From: Alkalispirochaeta sp.
GTDB taxonomy: Bacteria; Spirochaetota; Spirochaetia; DSM-27196; Alkalispirochaetaceae
Reading direction: 5' to 3'
DNA length: 60,711 nt
Assembly (NCBI GenBank): GCA_048614515.1
Contig: JBMCMH010000001.1
Location: 1-60,711, forward strand
Part shown: positions 21,012-31,243 of the stretch, piece by piece
How the letters are laid out: the number at the start of each line of letters is the position of its first letter
Position numbering within the stretch: the stretch's first letter is position 1
Made by a program: the position numbers and the translations under genes
The notes under the pieces: model-generated
What the model saw: the letters and a program-made list of their open reading frames with translations, nothing else
What the model was told of the DNA's origin: nothing
Database searches by the model: none

Positions 21012-21733
21012 GGTTCGTCGTGCCTCTCGCGCGTCCGCGTATGGGTCTTCACAACCACCGCGTGCCCATTTACGTTAGCAATGACGCATACGTCGTCTCT
21101 TGCTCGTAATTCATGAACGAAACGAGTAACACCCTCACAACCGAAAAAGCCGTAGTCGTCAAATACAATAATCCCTCCAAGAGGGATGCGGGGTACCACC
21201 CATTCAAAGACGCCCTGCGCGGAGTTATGCACATCAACATCAATATGGCACAGGGCTATCGTCTCGTCCGGCACATGGTGCGCCGTGTCCTCCGGAAACA
21301 CCCCGGAGAGTAGTCTAAAATTCGACAGGTCAAGACTATGAAGGAATGCGGTAACCGTGTCAAGATCGGTATCGGAGTGCTCTCCCCCCTCATAGTAGGG
21401 ATCGTGAGGGCCCGCTTTGGCTACTCCTGAAAACGTATCCGCGATAACGAGCGGGCGGTGTGCTCCGAGATGCTTGAGCCGCAATCCCATGAGCGCCGCG
21501 CTGCCACCACGCCACGTCCCCACTTCCAGAAACGTTCCCGGTACTTTCAGCGCTTGCTCAGTAAGCTCCCACAACTCGTATAGCCGTGGTTGGTCAACCA
21601 AGGTCCGGTCTCGGACGGCGGTCCACGCGGTAAGAAAGTCTACATCGGTATGCCACGGTCGATAGTCGGCCGTAAGAGGAGTATGTCCGTATCCCGGAGG
21701 ATATACTCGAACCTCCGGTTTATGGTTCGCCAT
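21008..21733 (-). CDS. TylF/MycF/NovP-family O-methyltransferase
   Basis: EVGTWRGGS, DTFSG, G.F.DT, HIDVD, GGIIVFDDYG. Confidence 0.88.
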   Translation of the reverse strand: MANHKPEVRVYPPGYGHTPLTADYRPWHTDVDFLTAWTAVRDRTLVDQPRLYELWELTEQALKVPGTFLEVGTWRGGSAALMGLRLKHLGAHRPLVIADTFSGVAKAGPHDPYYEGGEHSDTDLDTVTAFLHSLDLSNFRLLSGVFPEDTAHHVPDETIALCHIDVDVHNSAQGVFEWVVPRIPLGGIIVFDDYGFFGCEGVTRFVHELRARDDVCVIANVNGHAVVVKTHTRTRERHDEP

Positions 21734-21766
21734 AAGGTCAGGATACTACGGCTCCTACGGCGACGG

Positions 21767-23149
21767 CTATCGCCGTCGTACTTCCAGGTCGGCAAACTCG
21801 CCTTCTCCAAGGGCACGAAGTGCCAATTCCAATCCCGAACCTTGAGCGAGCGTTGCCCGATAGCGAAACTGTTCCACCCCATCAACCGCCACGGTGAGCA
21901 TGCCGGCACCGGGATCCATAAGGATCTCCAGCGCACTCATGGTACCCAGATCGGAGTCCAAAGCGCTCTGGGCAACGCGATTCATCGTGACGTCGTCGTA
22001 GGATATGTAAACTTCCAGAAACGTAGTCTCATCCCCGTAGGCGCGAACATCCCGCGTGAGCCACACCAAAATGCTCCGCCCGTGTCCGTACCCTGCGGGA
22101 GCCTCCACCTCCGACACACCGAGATGCATCCCCACGCCGACCCATCCATCGCCGATCGCCCGGGTCAACACTCGATAGAGCCGCGGTTGACTGTCCTGAC
22201 GGTAGGGAATGACGAGCTTCGCAAACCGCGCCTGGGGATCAGTCTGTGTGACCGTGCCGGCCCCCGTGGAAGCCCACCTACCGGACACCGCTGTACCGGT
22301 GCCGAGATCGATAGGATCTATGGTCGCCATCTCCCGCCGTGCCCGCGCCAACGAGAGGGTTGGGGCGGTGTCATCAGCGGACGCCACGCCCTCACCGGCC
22401 GCGCGTGCCTTAGCGGTCACCCGCTCCATAAGCTGTCCCACCGCCAGCGCGCCCTCGGCGACGGCGGCGTCGATGCGTCGCGACACACCGTCAATTCGCG
22501 CCTCCAACCGGTCCAGGCGAGCCGCGCCCTGCGCGGCATACGCATCGAGCCGCTGCAGAACCGCGTGTTCCTCAGAAGACCACTCCTGCTCGGCCGGCTG
22601 GTGCCCCCGCGAGGACTGGGGAGCGTCGTCGGCGGATGGAGGAGTGGACGACTCCGAAGGACGCGCCGCTACCCCGTAGGCCTCCGCCAGGTCACGAAGG
22701 AGCCCGTGGTCCGCCGGATTCGGGGCCTCGTCGGCGGTGAACTGGAACGTCTGTACGCTTCGGTACGCAGGGTCAAACGCCACTGTTCCGGAGTAGAACT
22801 GGCCGTCGAGGTAGATATTGTCGATGCGGAGTTCCCCCGATTCGTCGGCGGACAAGGTCACCATATCGAGATAGACATCCTGCGGAATTGCACGAGTAGT
22901 AATTGGTTCTAGGGACGTGACCTGCCACCGGCCGGTATCGGTAGCCGACAGGTACACCGCGTACTGGTCGCCGTCAATGCTGACGCCGTCCAGCAATACC
23001 ATATCAGGACCGGCTACGTGGACCCGTGCATTTCCCACCTCCGGCGTCGGAGAGGAACCATCTTGAGCTAACAGGGCCGGCACCAGGAGCACTCCCAGCG
23101 CGCTGAACAGGAGAACCCGGTAGCACCGTCTCAATTGGATCTTATACAT
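21767..23149 (-). CDS. Hypothetical exported multidomain protein
   Basis: Signal peptide, GGGGAG RBS, beta-rich N- and C-terminal regions around a short coiled-coil. Confidence 0.7.
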   Translation of the reverse strand: MYKIQLRRCYRVLLFSALGVLLVPALLAQDGSSPTPEVGNARVHVAGPDMVLLDGVSIDGDQYAVYLSATDTGRWQVTSLEPITTRAIPQDVYLDMVTLSADESGELRIDNIYLDGQFYSGTVAFDPAYRSVQTFQFTADEAPNPADHGLLRDLAEAYGVAARPSESSTPPSADDAPQSSRGHQPAEQEWSSEEHAVLQRLDAYAAQGAARLDRLEARIDGVSRRIDAAVAEGALAVGQLMERVTAKARAAGEGVASADDTAPTLSLARARREMATIDPIDLGTGTAVSGRWASTGAGTVTQTDPQARFAKLVIPYRQDSQPRLYRVLTRAIGDGWVGVGMHLGVSEVEAPAGYGHGRSILVWLTRDVRAYGDETTFLEVYISYDDVTMNRVAQSALDSDLGTMSALEILMDPGAGMLTVAVDGVEQFRYRATLAQGSGLELALRALGEGEFADLEVRRR

Positions 23150-23220
23150 ACCTACACTCCCCCATTATAGTATCGGTTGCATGTTGTTATTTCTTTAGCA
23201 TTTAGTCAGACTTTTTGAGT

Positions 23221-24162
23221 ATGAGGAAGCTGGGACTGGGCACGTGGTTTCTTGATGAACGCGCGTGGCCGCGGATTGATACTCAACGCGCCAAGCGCTT
23301 TCTCCACCACGCCTGGGATCGCGGAGTTCGACATTTTGATACGGCAGAATCATACGGCGCAGGCCGAGCGGAACAACTGTTGGGACAAGCGCTTCGTCGG
23401 CCCCTCAGGACCGTTCGCGACGATGTTCATCTTGCTACGAAGTCGGTCGTGCGCCCTCCGGACTCACTTCGCACTCATCTCGAGCGATCACTGCGACGCA
23501 TGGGCGTCGACTTCGTCGACACGTTCTACATCCACTGGCCGCGAGACGGTATCGATCTGGCGGCGGCGGTGGAGGAGCTCGCCCGCAACCGGGAACGAGG
23601 GTTATTGCGCCGGATCGGCCTGTGCAACGTCAGCCCGACTCAGCTCCAGGAAGCGGAACGCGCCGCCCCAGTAGACACCGTCCAGTTTGGATACAATCTC
23701 ATTTGGCGCGCGCCGGAAGCGCAGGGCCTAACCTCCCTCCCCCATCGCCGCATCGCCTATAGTGTGTTGGGCCAAGGGTTGCTGGCGCGGGCGTTTCAGG
23801 CGGCTCCGGTGTGGGACCAGGCCGATCATCGCCCCCACACACCGCTGTTTCGCCCCCCGCTGTGGCACACGGTACACGCTTTTCAGCAGATGTTTGTCGA
23901 GCAGTGCCAACGGTCCGGATTTGCACCGGCGGCGGTTGCCGTGATGTGGGCGGCCAACCGGGTGGACCAGACGTTAATTGGGGCGCGCTCCCCTGGACAA
24001 CTCGATGACCTGTTGGATGGGCTGATCGCCGTCGAGACCCGTCCGGAGGACCTGAAGGCGCTGCTGGAGAGGTTGACCCGCGCCTCTACAGACCTCCAAT
24101 CTACCCTTCCAGACCTGCCCAACATGTTCGGATATGTTCCAACTCCTTGTCGGAGCCGCTAA
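23221..24162 (+). CDS. Aldo/keto reductase
   Basis: LGLGTW, FDTAESYG.G.AE, ATK, SL.RMGVDFVD.FYIHWP, IG.CN, YS.LGQG. Confidence 0.92.
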   Translation: MRKLGLGTWFLDERAWPRIDTQRAKRFLHHAWDRGVRHFDTAESYGAGRAEQLLGQALRRPLRTVRDDVHLATKSVVRPPDSLRTHLERSLRRMGVDFVDTFYIHWPRDGIDLAAAVEELARNRERGLLRRIGLCNVSPTQLQEAERAAPVDTVQFGYNLIWRAPEAQGLTSLPHRRIAYSVLGQGLLARAFQAAPVWDQADHRPHTPLFRPPLWHTVHAFQQMFVEQCQRSGFAPAAVAVMWAANRVDQTLIGARSPGQLDDLLDGLIAVETRPEDLKALLERLTRASTDLQSTLPDLPNMFGYVPTPCRSR

Positions 24163-24181
24163 TTCACGGTATATCCAAGGT

Positions 24182-25774
24182 ATGGTACGTCGTCTTTTTG
24201 CAGTAGTCATGGTACTCATGCCGGCTTTGGCCGGAGGATTCCTCCTTCACGCGCAGGATGCTTCCCAATCACGGGAGTTTGTTGTTTCGTTTCCGCAGGG
24301 AAACGTCCAACTCAATCCGATCTATAGCTTCACCTCGAGCGAGGCTCAGATTTACAGCGGTCTTTACGAGGGACTGGTGAGTTATCACCCGGAGACCATG
24401 GAACCGGAAGCGGCGGTTGCCGAACGATGGGACGTGAGCGAAGATCGACAGGAGTACACGTTTCACCTACGGGATACGGCGCGGTATTGGAACGGCGACC
24501 CGGTCACCGCCGAGCACTTCCGAGACACCTGGCTGAAACTGATCGCTCCCGAGACGGACGCCGCCTATAACTTTCTATTTGATATTATCGCCGGCGTCCG
24601 TGAGTACCGCCGCGGCGAGGTAGACGACTCCAGTGAAGTCGGCATTACCGCGGTAGACGATGAGACGCTGCGGGTAACGCTCCGCAAGCCGGCGACTCAT
24701 TTCCTGCGGATTCTGAGTCATCACGCGTTCGTGCCCGTGCATCCGTCCATCCGTGATGAGCGGGACTGGTCGGCACCCACGGAGGTACTGGGAAACGGCC
24801 CGTATGAGCTGGTGGAGCGGCGATCGGATGAGCTGGTGATGGAGCGAAGCGAAGAGTACTGGGACGCGGAGGAGGTGGCAATTTTCCGTATTCGCGTGAT
24901 ATTTAGCGACGATGACACCGTGACGGAGCGCTTCAACCGCGGAGAGATCGACTGGGTCACATCGGGGATGAACCTCTCGGACGTTCAGTTTCCGGAGACG
25001 ATTGTGGTGAATCCTCTCTTTGCTACCACGTACTACTTTTTCCGGGCCGACATTGAGCCGTTTTCCGACGACCGCGTCCGCCGCGCGTTGGCGCTGTTAC
25101 TTCCGTGGGACCAAATTAGAGACCCGGACATTCAATTCATTCCCACCGATACCCTCGTACCGCAGATTCCGTACTACCCAGAGATTTCCGGTATTCAAGG
25201 CCGTAACGAAGAGGAAGCGCTGGAGCTCTTGGAGAATGCCGGCTATCGCCAAGGTGTACGCTTGCCCACAATCACCGTCCACATTCCTGAGGGGCAGGAG
25301 TCAATGCGGGTGGCGGAGCTCATGAAAGACGCGTGGGAACGCGCGTTAGAAGTCAATGTGGACGTCAGAGCGACTCCCTATCCCGACTATTTTGATACCA
25401 TGACGGATGGTGATTTTACGGTGGGAACGGTGAGCTGGATCGGTGATTTTGCGGATCCGCTCACGTTTCTGCAGATGTGGATTAGCGATAGCAACGTGAA
25501 CGACGCCGGCTTCAGCAATGCGGAGTATGACTCACTTATTGACGATTCAATGTTGCAACGCGGTACCGGTCGGTACGAGATACTTGGCGAGGCGGAGGAA
25601 ATCCTGTTACGAACGGGCACCGTTCTTCCCGTCAGTCACTCTCCCTCGATTAATCTCATTGATCTAGAGGCCGTGGATGGTTGGTTTCCTAATCCCCTCG
25701 ATGTACATCCGTTTCGCTATCTCCGATTTACCGATCGGGACCCCGCGCCGGGAGTGATTAACTACCGGCCCTGA
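24182..25774 (+). CDS. oppA: Oligopeptide ABC transporter substrate-binding protein (family 5), orphan
   Basis: LYEGLV, AERWDVSED..EYTFHLR...W.NGDPVTA, GNGPY, W.GDFADP; no permease genes adjacent. Confidence 0.88.
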   Translation: MVRRLFAVVMVLMPALAGGFLLHAQDASQSREFVVSFPQGNVQLNPIYSFTSSEAQIYSGLYEGLVSYHPETMEPEAAVAERWDVSEDRQEYTFHLRDTARYWNGDPVTAEHFRDTWLKLIAPETDAAYNFLFDIIAGVREYRRGEVDDSSEVGITAVDDETLRVTLRKPATHFLRILSHHAFVPVHPSIRDERDWSAPTEVLGNGPYELVERRSDELVMERSEEYWDAEEVAIFRIRVIFSDDDTVTERFNRGEIDWVTSGMNLSDVQFPETIVVNPLFATTYYFFRADIEPFSDDRVRRALALLLPWDQIRDPDIQFIPTDTLVPQIPYYPEISGIQGRNEEEALELLENAGYRQGVRLPTITVHIPEGQESMRVAELMKDAWERALEVNVDVRATPYPDYFDTMTDGDFTVGTVSWIGDFADPLTFLQMWISDSNVNDAGFSNAEYDSLIDDSMLQRGTGRYEILGEAEEILLRTGTVLPVSHSPSINLIDLEAVDGWFPNPLDVHPFRYLRFTDRDPAPGVINYRP

Positions 25775-25811
25775 GTATGGGGAGCCTGGAATTTGTGCCG
25801 GCAGACGCTCT

Positions 25812-25841
25812 TTGACCGAACCACTCGGTTACCGATATACT
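25812..25841 (+). promoter_or_regulatory. Putative promoter of carD (leaderless)
   Basis: TTGACC-18 nt-TATACT, 7 nt before the ATG. Confidence 0.6.
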
Positions 25842-25848
25842 GTGCATA

Positions 25849-26436
25849 ATGAGCAACAGTTCCAAGGGAAAAGGCACTACGTTTCAGCAAGATCAGCAGG
25901 TCGTGTATCCGCTGCAGGGCGTCGGGCAGATTCAGCAGATCGTTGAAATCGACTTCAAGGGAAAGAAGACCCTCTACTATGTGATTTATCTCCCCGTCTC
26001 AGATATGACGGTAAAGATCCCTGTGGATCGAGCTGAGGAACATGGAATACGCGCTATCGTTCCGAAAGAGGAGGCCGAGAAGGCCCTCGATCTGTTCTCT
26101 CAGGAGTTTGAACCGGTTCCGGCAGACTGGAAGATGCGGTATCAGATGAATCTGGATCTCCTCAAGAAGGGATCGATTATGGATATCGCTTCAGTGGTGC
26201 GTACGCTGTACACCCGAAAGAAGGTGAAAGAGCTTCCAATTATGGAGCGCAAACTCTACGACAGTGCGCTGCAATTGCTCGTAGACGAGGTCTCATTCTC
26301 GCTGGATGTGTCCAAAAAGGAAGTGGAAGAGCTTGTGTTTCAGAAGCTGGAAGTTGATTCCGGTACGGACGACATCGACGGTGGAGATATTCTCCCGGAC
26401 GACGAAGATCTAGAAGGTGACGACGAAGACAGCTGA
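25849..26436 (+). CDS. carD: CarD family transcriptional regulator
   Basis: VVYPLQGVGQI, IPV..AE..GIR, W..RY; acidic tail. Confidence 0.92.
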   Translation: MSNSSKGKGTTFQQDQQVVYPLQGVGQIQQIVEIDFKGKKTLYYVIYLPVSDMTVKIPVDRAEEHGIRAIVPKEEAEKALDLFSQEFEPVPADWKMRYQMNLDLLKKGSIMDIASVVRTLYTRKKVKELPIMERKLYDSALQLLVDEVSFSLDVSKKEVEELVFQKLEVDSGTDDIDGGDILPDDEDLEGDDEDS

Positions 26437-27121
26437 TCCGACCCCTGGAGACTGGGACCACCAGATCCGCCGGATCGCGGAGGCGATTGGCGCTGATTTT
26501 CAGGCGGGCATACCGCAGATCCTTGCCGACTCCGCCGATGCCTCTGCATCGGCGGGGCGAGAGGTGCCGTTCCGGGTGCTGGTTTCCACCTTGATCAGCC
26601 TCCGCACACGCGATGAGGTGACGATTCCCGCAAGCAGGCGGTTACTGGCAGAAGCACCCACCCCACAAGATCTTGCCGCGCGCGACGAAGAGTTCATCCA
26701 GAAACTGATCTATCCTGCGGGCTTCTACAAAACGAAGGCTCGTCATCTCAAAGAAATTGCGCGACGGATACATACCGATTTTGGAGGCCAGGTCCCGAAT
26801 ACGCGGGAGGGTCTCACGTCCCTTCCCGGCGTCGGGCCCAAAACTGCCAATCTTGTGCTGGGCTTGGGATTCGGAATCGATGCAATCTGTGTCGATACCC
26901 ACGTGCACCGAATTGCCAACCGATTGGGATGGATCTCCACCCGGACACCGGAAGCGTCTGAGTACGCCCTCATGGAGGTACTCCCTCAACGGTTTTGGAT
27001 TCCCATTAATGGGCTCCTGGTGGGGTTTGGGCAACAGATATGCACTCCCGGGCGTCCCCGCTGCACCGTCTGCCCTCTATCGGATGAGTGTCCCCAAATT
27101 GGAGTACACCACCAGCGATAA
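26417..27121 (+). CDS. nth: Endonuclease III (HhH-GPD, 4Fe-4S)
   Basis: LPGVGPKTAN, VDTHVHRIANR, CTPGRPRCTVCPLSDEC. Confidence 0.93.
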   Translation: MTTKTADPTPGDWDHQIRRIAEAIGADFQAGIPQILADSADASASAGREVPFRVLVSTLISLRTRDEVTIPASRRLLAEAPTPQDLAARDEEFIQKLIYPAGFYKTKARHLKEIARRIHTDFGGQVPNTREGLTSLPGVGPKTANLVLGLGFGIDAICVDTHVHRIANRLGWISTRTPEASEYALMEVLPQRFWIPINGLLVGFGQQICTPGRPRCTVCPLSDECPQIGVHHQR

Positions 27122-27151
27122 AAAACCCCGCACGGTCTCTCGTGCGGGGTT
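27120..27151 (-). terminator. Terminator between convergent nth and fusA-ATPase units
   Basis: AACCCCGCACG/CGTGCGGGGTT stem with an A-tract on the left (U-tract on minus strand). Confidence 0.8.
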
Positions 27152-27172
27152 GATCGTTGCACTATTCGGTAG

Positions 27173-27880
27173 CTACTGCTCTTCTTTGATCAAGAGCGTC
27201 TTAGGATCCAACTGCAAGTGCAGATCCTCTTCACGGTACTCGTTGTGATCTTTCACAAGCCGCAATTTTAGGTGGTCCTGCTCCGGAGCGAGCGTGATCA
27301 AGACGGTAATCTGATCCTCAAACCGCTGTAAGGAGGCGGGAATTCCGTGCTCATTGAGGGTCGGATCATCCCGGTGGATCGACGCGGTAAACCACACGGT
27401 AAGCTCATGTTCGGCGGCAAACTCACGAATGGCGGTAAGCGTCTCCACGTCACCTTTTTCGAACGCGTATCCGTCGATAACAATCACGTCGGCCTTGAAG
27501 TTGCCGTCGTCAACCAGCGCCCGGATGCTTCGCAGAAATTGCTCCCGTGTCACCCCTTCCTGGTTAAAGTTCATGACGACCCGATTCTTGATCAGATCAT
27601 CGTGGATATCCATCGCGTTCTCGAGGTGGCGCTTCTTGGCGATTTCCCCAAAGATATCCTCGTACCAGCTAATTATGTGATCAGTTCGGCCGGAAAACGA
27701 TACATGAATGACGTGCTTGTCCTGAAACAGCTGGTCTGTGGCTATGTGCACGAGACACGCCGTTTTTCCGGTACCTTTTCGGGCGGCTATAACGCCGACG
27801 TTTCCCGCGCCTACACCGCCGTGAATTGATTGTTCCAACAGCCGCAGGGGACTGCGCTTAATGAGTTCTTCTTTGACCAT
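27173..27880 (-). CDS. Single-domain RecA/KaiC-like P-loop ATPase
   Basis: Walker A ARKGTGKT, Walker B VIVIDG; AGGAGG RBS 11 bp after the fusA stop. Confidence 0.8.
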   Translation of the reverse strand: MVKEELIKRSPLRLLEQSIHGGVGAGNVGVIAARKGTGKTACLVHIATDQLFQDKHVIHVSFSGRTDHIISWYEDIFGEIAKKRHLENAMDIHDDLIKNRVVMNFNQEGVTREQFLRSIRALVDDGNFKADVIVIDGYAFEKGDVETLTAIREFAAEHELTVWFTASIHRDDPTLNEHGIPASLQRFEDQITVLITLAPEQDHLKLRLVKDHNEYREEDLHLQLDPKTLLIKEEQ

Positions 27881-27891
27881 ACGGCGCCTCC

Positions 27892-29979
27892 TTATTTATT
27901 GCCTTCCTGCTTGGCTTTGAGGTACTTCTGTCGAAGCTCCTCTGCAATACTTTGCGGTACTTTTCCGTACTTCGCAAATTCCATTGAGTATTCCGCCTTT
28001 CCTTGCGTCAAGGAGCGTAATACCGTGGAAAAACCAAACATTTCGGCCAGCGGGACTTCCGCTTCCACTATACTGAAGAGCCCATCCTCATTGGAGGCTA
28101 CGATGAGTCCTCGGCGCTGATTGAGCACACCGAAGATGTTTCCCTGATATTCCGTGGGACCTTCAACGACAACTTTCATAATCGGCTCGAGGGCGATCGG
28201 TTTTGCCTTTTCGTAGACGCTGCGAAACGCCGCCAGCGCTGCCGTCTGAAACGCCTGATCCGAAGAGTCTACCGGGTGAGTGGCTCCGTCATTCACCACC
28301 GCCCGAACGTTGATAATCGGATAACCGATGTATGTTCCTCGATCAAGGGCGCTCTGAAACCCTTTGTCTACCGAGGGAATGTACTCTTGCGGGATTACAC
28401 CACCCTTGATCTGGTTCACAAACTCGTAGTTCTCTTCTTCGCTGGGCTCTATGTATCCGGCTACTCTACCGTACTGCCCACTCCCACCGGTCTGTTTCTT
28501 GTGGGTGTAGTCGTACTCAGCGCGTTGACTGATCGCTTCGCGGTAGGCCACTTGGGGCATACCCGTTTCCACTTCCGCCTTGTACTCGCGCTTCATCCGC
28601 TCTACGTACACATCAAGGTGCAACTCACCCATGCCTTGAATGATCGTCTCGTTGCTTTCTTCATCCACGTACGAGCGAAAGGTGGGGTCTTCCTTCACAA
28701 ACCGCCCAATCGCCTTACCCATGCGGTCAGCGGCGGCCTTGTCCTTCGGTTTGATGGAGAGCGAAATCACCGGTTGGGGAACAAACATCGACGTCATGGA
28801 AACGTTCAAATCCGGATGACAGAATGTGTCACCGGACGCGCAGTCGATGCCGAAGAGGGCGACGATGTCTCCGCTGCCGGCCTCATTGATGTCTTCCATG
28901 TGGTTGGCGTGCATTCGCACCAGTCGACCAACCTTGAACTTCTTGCGAGTTCGCACATTGAAGAGCTCCGTGCCTTTTTTCACCATACCCTGGTAGATCC
29001 GGATATAGGTGAGCTGTCCATACTGACCATCTTCGAGTTTGAACGCCAGCGCGATGCTGGGTTTCTCGTCATCGGAGATGGTGATGAACTCCGCCTCGTT
29101 GTTGTTCAGATCCAACGCCTTGTTGGTGATATCCAGGGGAGACGGTAGGTATTTCACCACGGCGTTGAGAAGTGTTTGGACGCCTTTGTTCTTGTAGGCG
29201 CTTCCCACGTACACCGGACACAACTCATTGGCAATGACCGCCTTGCGAATGGCGGTGTCAATCTGCTCAATCGTAGCGGTACCTTCGAGAGCCGCTTCCA
29301 TGAGCGCCTCATCGAACATTGATGCCGCATCAAGGAGTTTTTCCCGGTACTCTTCCGCCTGGTCTTTGAGGTCCGCGGGAATCTCATCCTCGCGGATGAC
29401 TTCACCATACTCGCCTTCAAAGTAGTTGGCCTTCATGGTGACCAGGTCAACCATTCCCACGTGTTTGTCCTCGAGACCGATCGGCAACTGAGCCATCACG
29501 GCGTTGAGGCCAAGCTTATCCTCGAGCTGTTGGCGGACCTTGAGCGGGTCCGCACCGGCGCGGTCACATTTGTTGACGAACGCCAACCGCGGCACTTCGT
29601 ATCGTTTTAGTTGTCGGTCAACGGTGATCGACTGAGACTGAACCCCCGCCACCGAATCGAGAATCAGAATCGCCCCATCCAGAACCCGAAGGGCGCGCTC
29701 AACTTCTATCGTGAAGTCGACGTGGCCCGGGGTGTCGATTATGTTGATGGGATGTCCATCCCACTCGACGTTTGTAGCGGCGGACTGGATGGTAATCCCG
29801 CGTTCCCGTTCAAGTTCCATCGAATCCATCGTGGCACCGACGCCGTCCTTACCGCGAACTTCATGAATCGCATGAATTTTATCGCTGTAGAACAGAATCC
29901 GCTCGGTAAGCGTCGTCTTGCCACTGTCAATGTGCGCAGAAATACCGATATTGCGCATGTTTGCCAGTTTGTCACTCAT
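27892..29979 (-). CDS. fusA: Elongation factor G (EF-G1 / mitochondrial-like subtype)
   Basis: [49 protein letters not shown]; not within an rpsL-rpsG operon. Confidence 0.97.
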   Translation of the reverse strand: MSDKLANMRNIGISAHIDSGKTTLTERILFYSDKIHAIHEVRGKDGVGATMDSMELERERGITIQSAATNVEWDGHPINIIDTPGHVDFTIEVERALRVLDGAILILDSVAGVQSQSITVDRQLKRYEVPRLAFVNKCDRAGADPLKVRQQLEDKLGLNAVMAQLPIGLEDKHVGMVDLVTMKANYFEGEYGEVIREDEIPADLKDQAEEYREKLLDAASMFDEALMEAALEGTATIEQIDTAIRKAVIANELCPVYVGSAYKNKGVQTLLNAVVKYLPSPLDITNKALDLNNNEAEFITISDDEKPSIALAFKLEDGQYGQLTYIRIYQGMVKKGTELFNVRTRKKFKVGRLVRMHANHMEDINEAGSGDIVALFGIDCASGDTFCHPDLNVSMTSMFVPQPVISLSIKPKDKAAADRMGKAIGRFVKEDPTFRSYVDEESNETIIQGMGELHLDVYVERMKREYKAEVETGMPQVAYREAISQRAEYDYTHKKQTGGSGQYGRVAGYIEPSEEENYEFVNQIKGGVIPQEYIPSVDKGFQSALDRGTYIGYPIINVRAVVNDGATHPVDSSDQAFQTAALAAFRSVYEKAKPIALEPIMKVVVEGPTEYQGNIFGVLNQRRGLIVASNEDGLFSIVEAEVPLAEMFGFSTVLRSLTQGKAEYSMEFAKYGKVPQSIAEELRQKYLKAKQEGNK

Positions 29980-30032
29980 GAAAAAATCTTCCTTAACAAA
30001 TTTGTCTGTGTTTCGCCTGCGTGTGTGCGGCA

Positions 30033-30065
30033 ACTATATAGAGGGTATTGATTTCCATCAATACC
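30033..30065 (-). promoter_or_regulatory. Putative fusA promoter overlapped by an inverted repeat
   Basis: TTGATG-17 nt-TATAGT on minus strand; GGTATTGAT-N4-ATCAATACC at 30044-30065. Confidence 0.5.
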
Positions 30066-30089
30066 TGAGGGAGAGCATGAAGAACATGA

Positions 30090-30110
30090 CTCCCGCCCGG
30101 AGGGCGGGAG
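30090..30110 (-). terminator. GC hairpin after the cyclase operon
   Basis: CTCCCGCCC-GGA-GGGCGGGAG; weak U-tract. Confidence 0.45.
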
Positions 30111-30135
30111 ACCGACACCGCCTGAAGCAGTCGGA

Positions 30136-31227
30136 CTACTCGTACTGATTAAAATACAGCGCGTAGATCGCCTGGATATGCTTGCCGTGGAGCGGCTCCG
30201 CATCTTCCGGTAGTGCGCCATTTACTCGCTCCCGGACTTCGTCTTGCGTGAGCTGGGGATCCCCGGCACGCAACTGGACCACCTCCACGATCGCTTCCGG
30301 CGACACATCACGGAGGTTTCCAAAGAGCGTACGGCTCGCCAATATGATCGAGCCCTGCCGCAGCGCCTCAAATTCACGCTCGAGAGCAGTCTTCTCTTCA
30401 CGGACCGTCTGTAACTGCGCCTCAAACTCTTCGGACATCTCAGCCATCAGGGCGGCTTGTTGTTCACTCAGCTCCGTGACCTGAGTCTCGATCTCCGCCT
30501 CAATACGCTCCAACGCCTGCTCGCCCTGGGAGGTGATCTCGGCTAAGCCCGCTTCCGTTTCTTGGCGGAGGTCTTCCACCCGCGACAGGATTTCCTGATC
30601 CCGGTTGTTCTGCTCCGTATCCACCGCCACTCGCTCTTCCATGCGCTCCCGCAAGTCCACGATCTGTTGAGCAAGGAACTGGGGGTCTTGGCTTTGAATG
30701 TAATTGGCCGGGTTCTCTACTGCGCGTTCGATCCGGTCGAGGAACTGCTCTTCCGAGACAAACTGACCGTTCATTCGGACGGCCAAGTTATCAACAAGCA
30801 GCCGGAAATCATACCGGACCGCATCATCAAACTCAAACTGCATGCCGGAGGGAAGATACTCCAGATATTCCTCACCGCTAATGGTGAACGCCTCTGGAAT
30901 GACAACCGCGTCCGCACGGTCCGGTTCAAAGACGTATCGGAGGCGGTCAATCTCCAGGCCATCAATTTCATAGATTACTTCGCGCATCGCGCTCAAGGCG
31001 TCGGCATGAGCCTCGGTGAAGCGGCCCATTACGCTCACACTGAACTCACGGTCCTGGCTGTCCCGCAGGCGCCAGGACGGTACTCCACTGTCGGTGAACT
31101 CTTCTAGGACCTCGAATCCTTGATCTTCCAGGGCCCGTCCCACGTCACTCCGGTCCTGAGCCGGAGCGCCCACGATACCAATCATCAACAGGGCGACCAC
31201 GATTCCATATACTATCTTCCGTTGCAT
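30136..31227 (-). CDS. Exported protein with long acidic coiled-coil
   Basis: MQRKIVYG signal peptide, GGGGAG RBS, heptad-rich E/Q/L region. Confidence 0.78.
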   Translation of the reverse strand: MQRKIVYGIVVALLMIGIVGAPAQDRSDVGRALEDQGFEVLEEFTDSGVPSWRLRDSQDREFSVSVMGRFTEAHADALSAMREVIYEIDGLEIDRLRYVFEPDRADAVVIPEAFTISGEEYLEYLPSGMQFEFDDAVRYDFRLLVDNLAVRMNGQFVSEEQFLDRIERAVENPANYIQSQDPQFLAQQIVDLRERMEERVAVDTEQNNRDQEILSRVEDLRQETEAGLAEITSQGEQALERIEAEIETQVTELSEQQAALMAEMSEEFEAQLQTVREEKTALEREFEALRQGSIILASRTLFGNLRDVSPEAIVEVVQLRAGDPQLTQDEVRERVNGALPEDAEPLHGKHIQAIYALYFNQYE

Positions 31228-31243
31228 CTCAACTCCCCCGTCT

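Noticed and set aside
21590-22912. 440-aa plus-strand ORF
   Set aside because: R/G/P-rich shadow of the minus-strand exported protein, which has the RBS and signal peptide.
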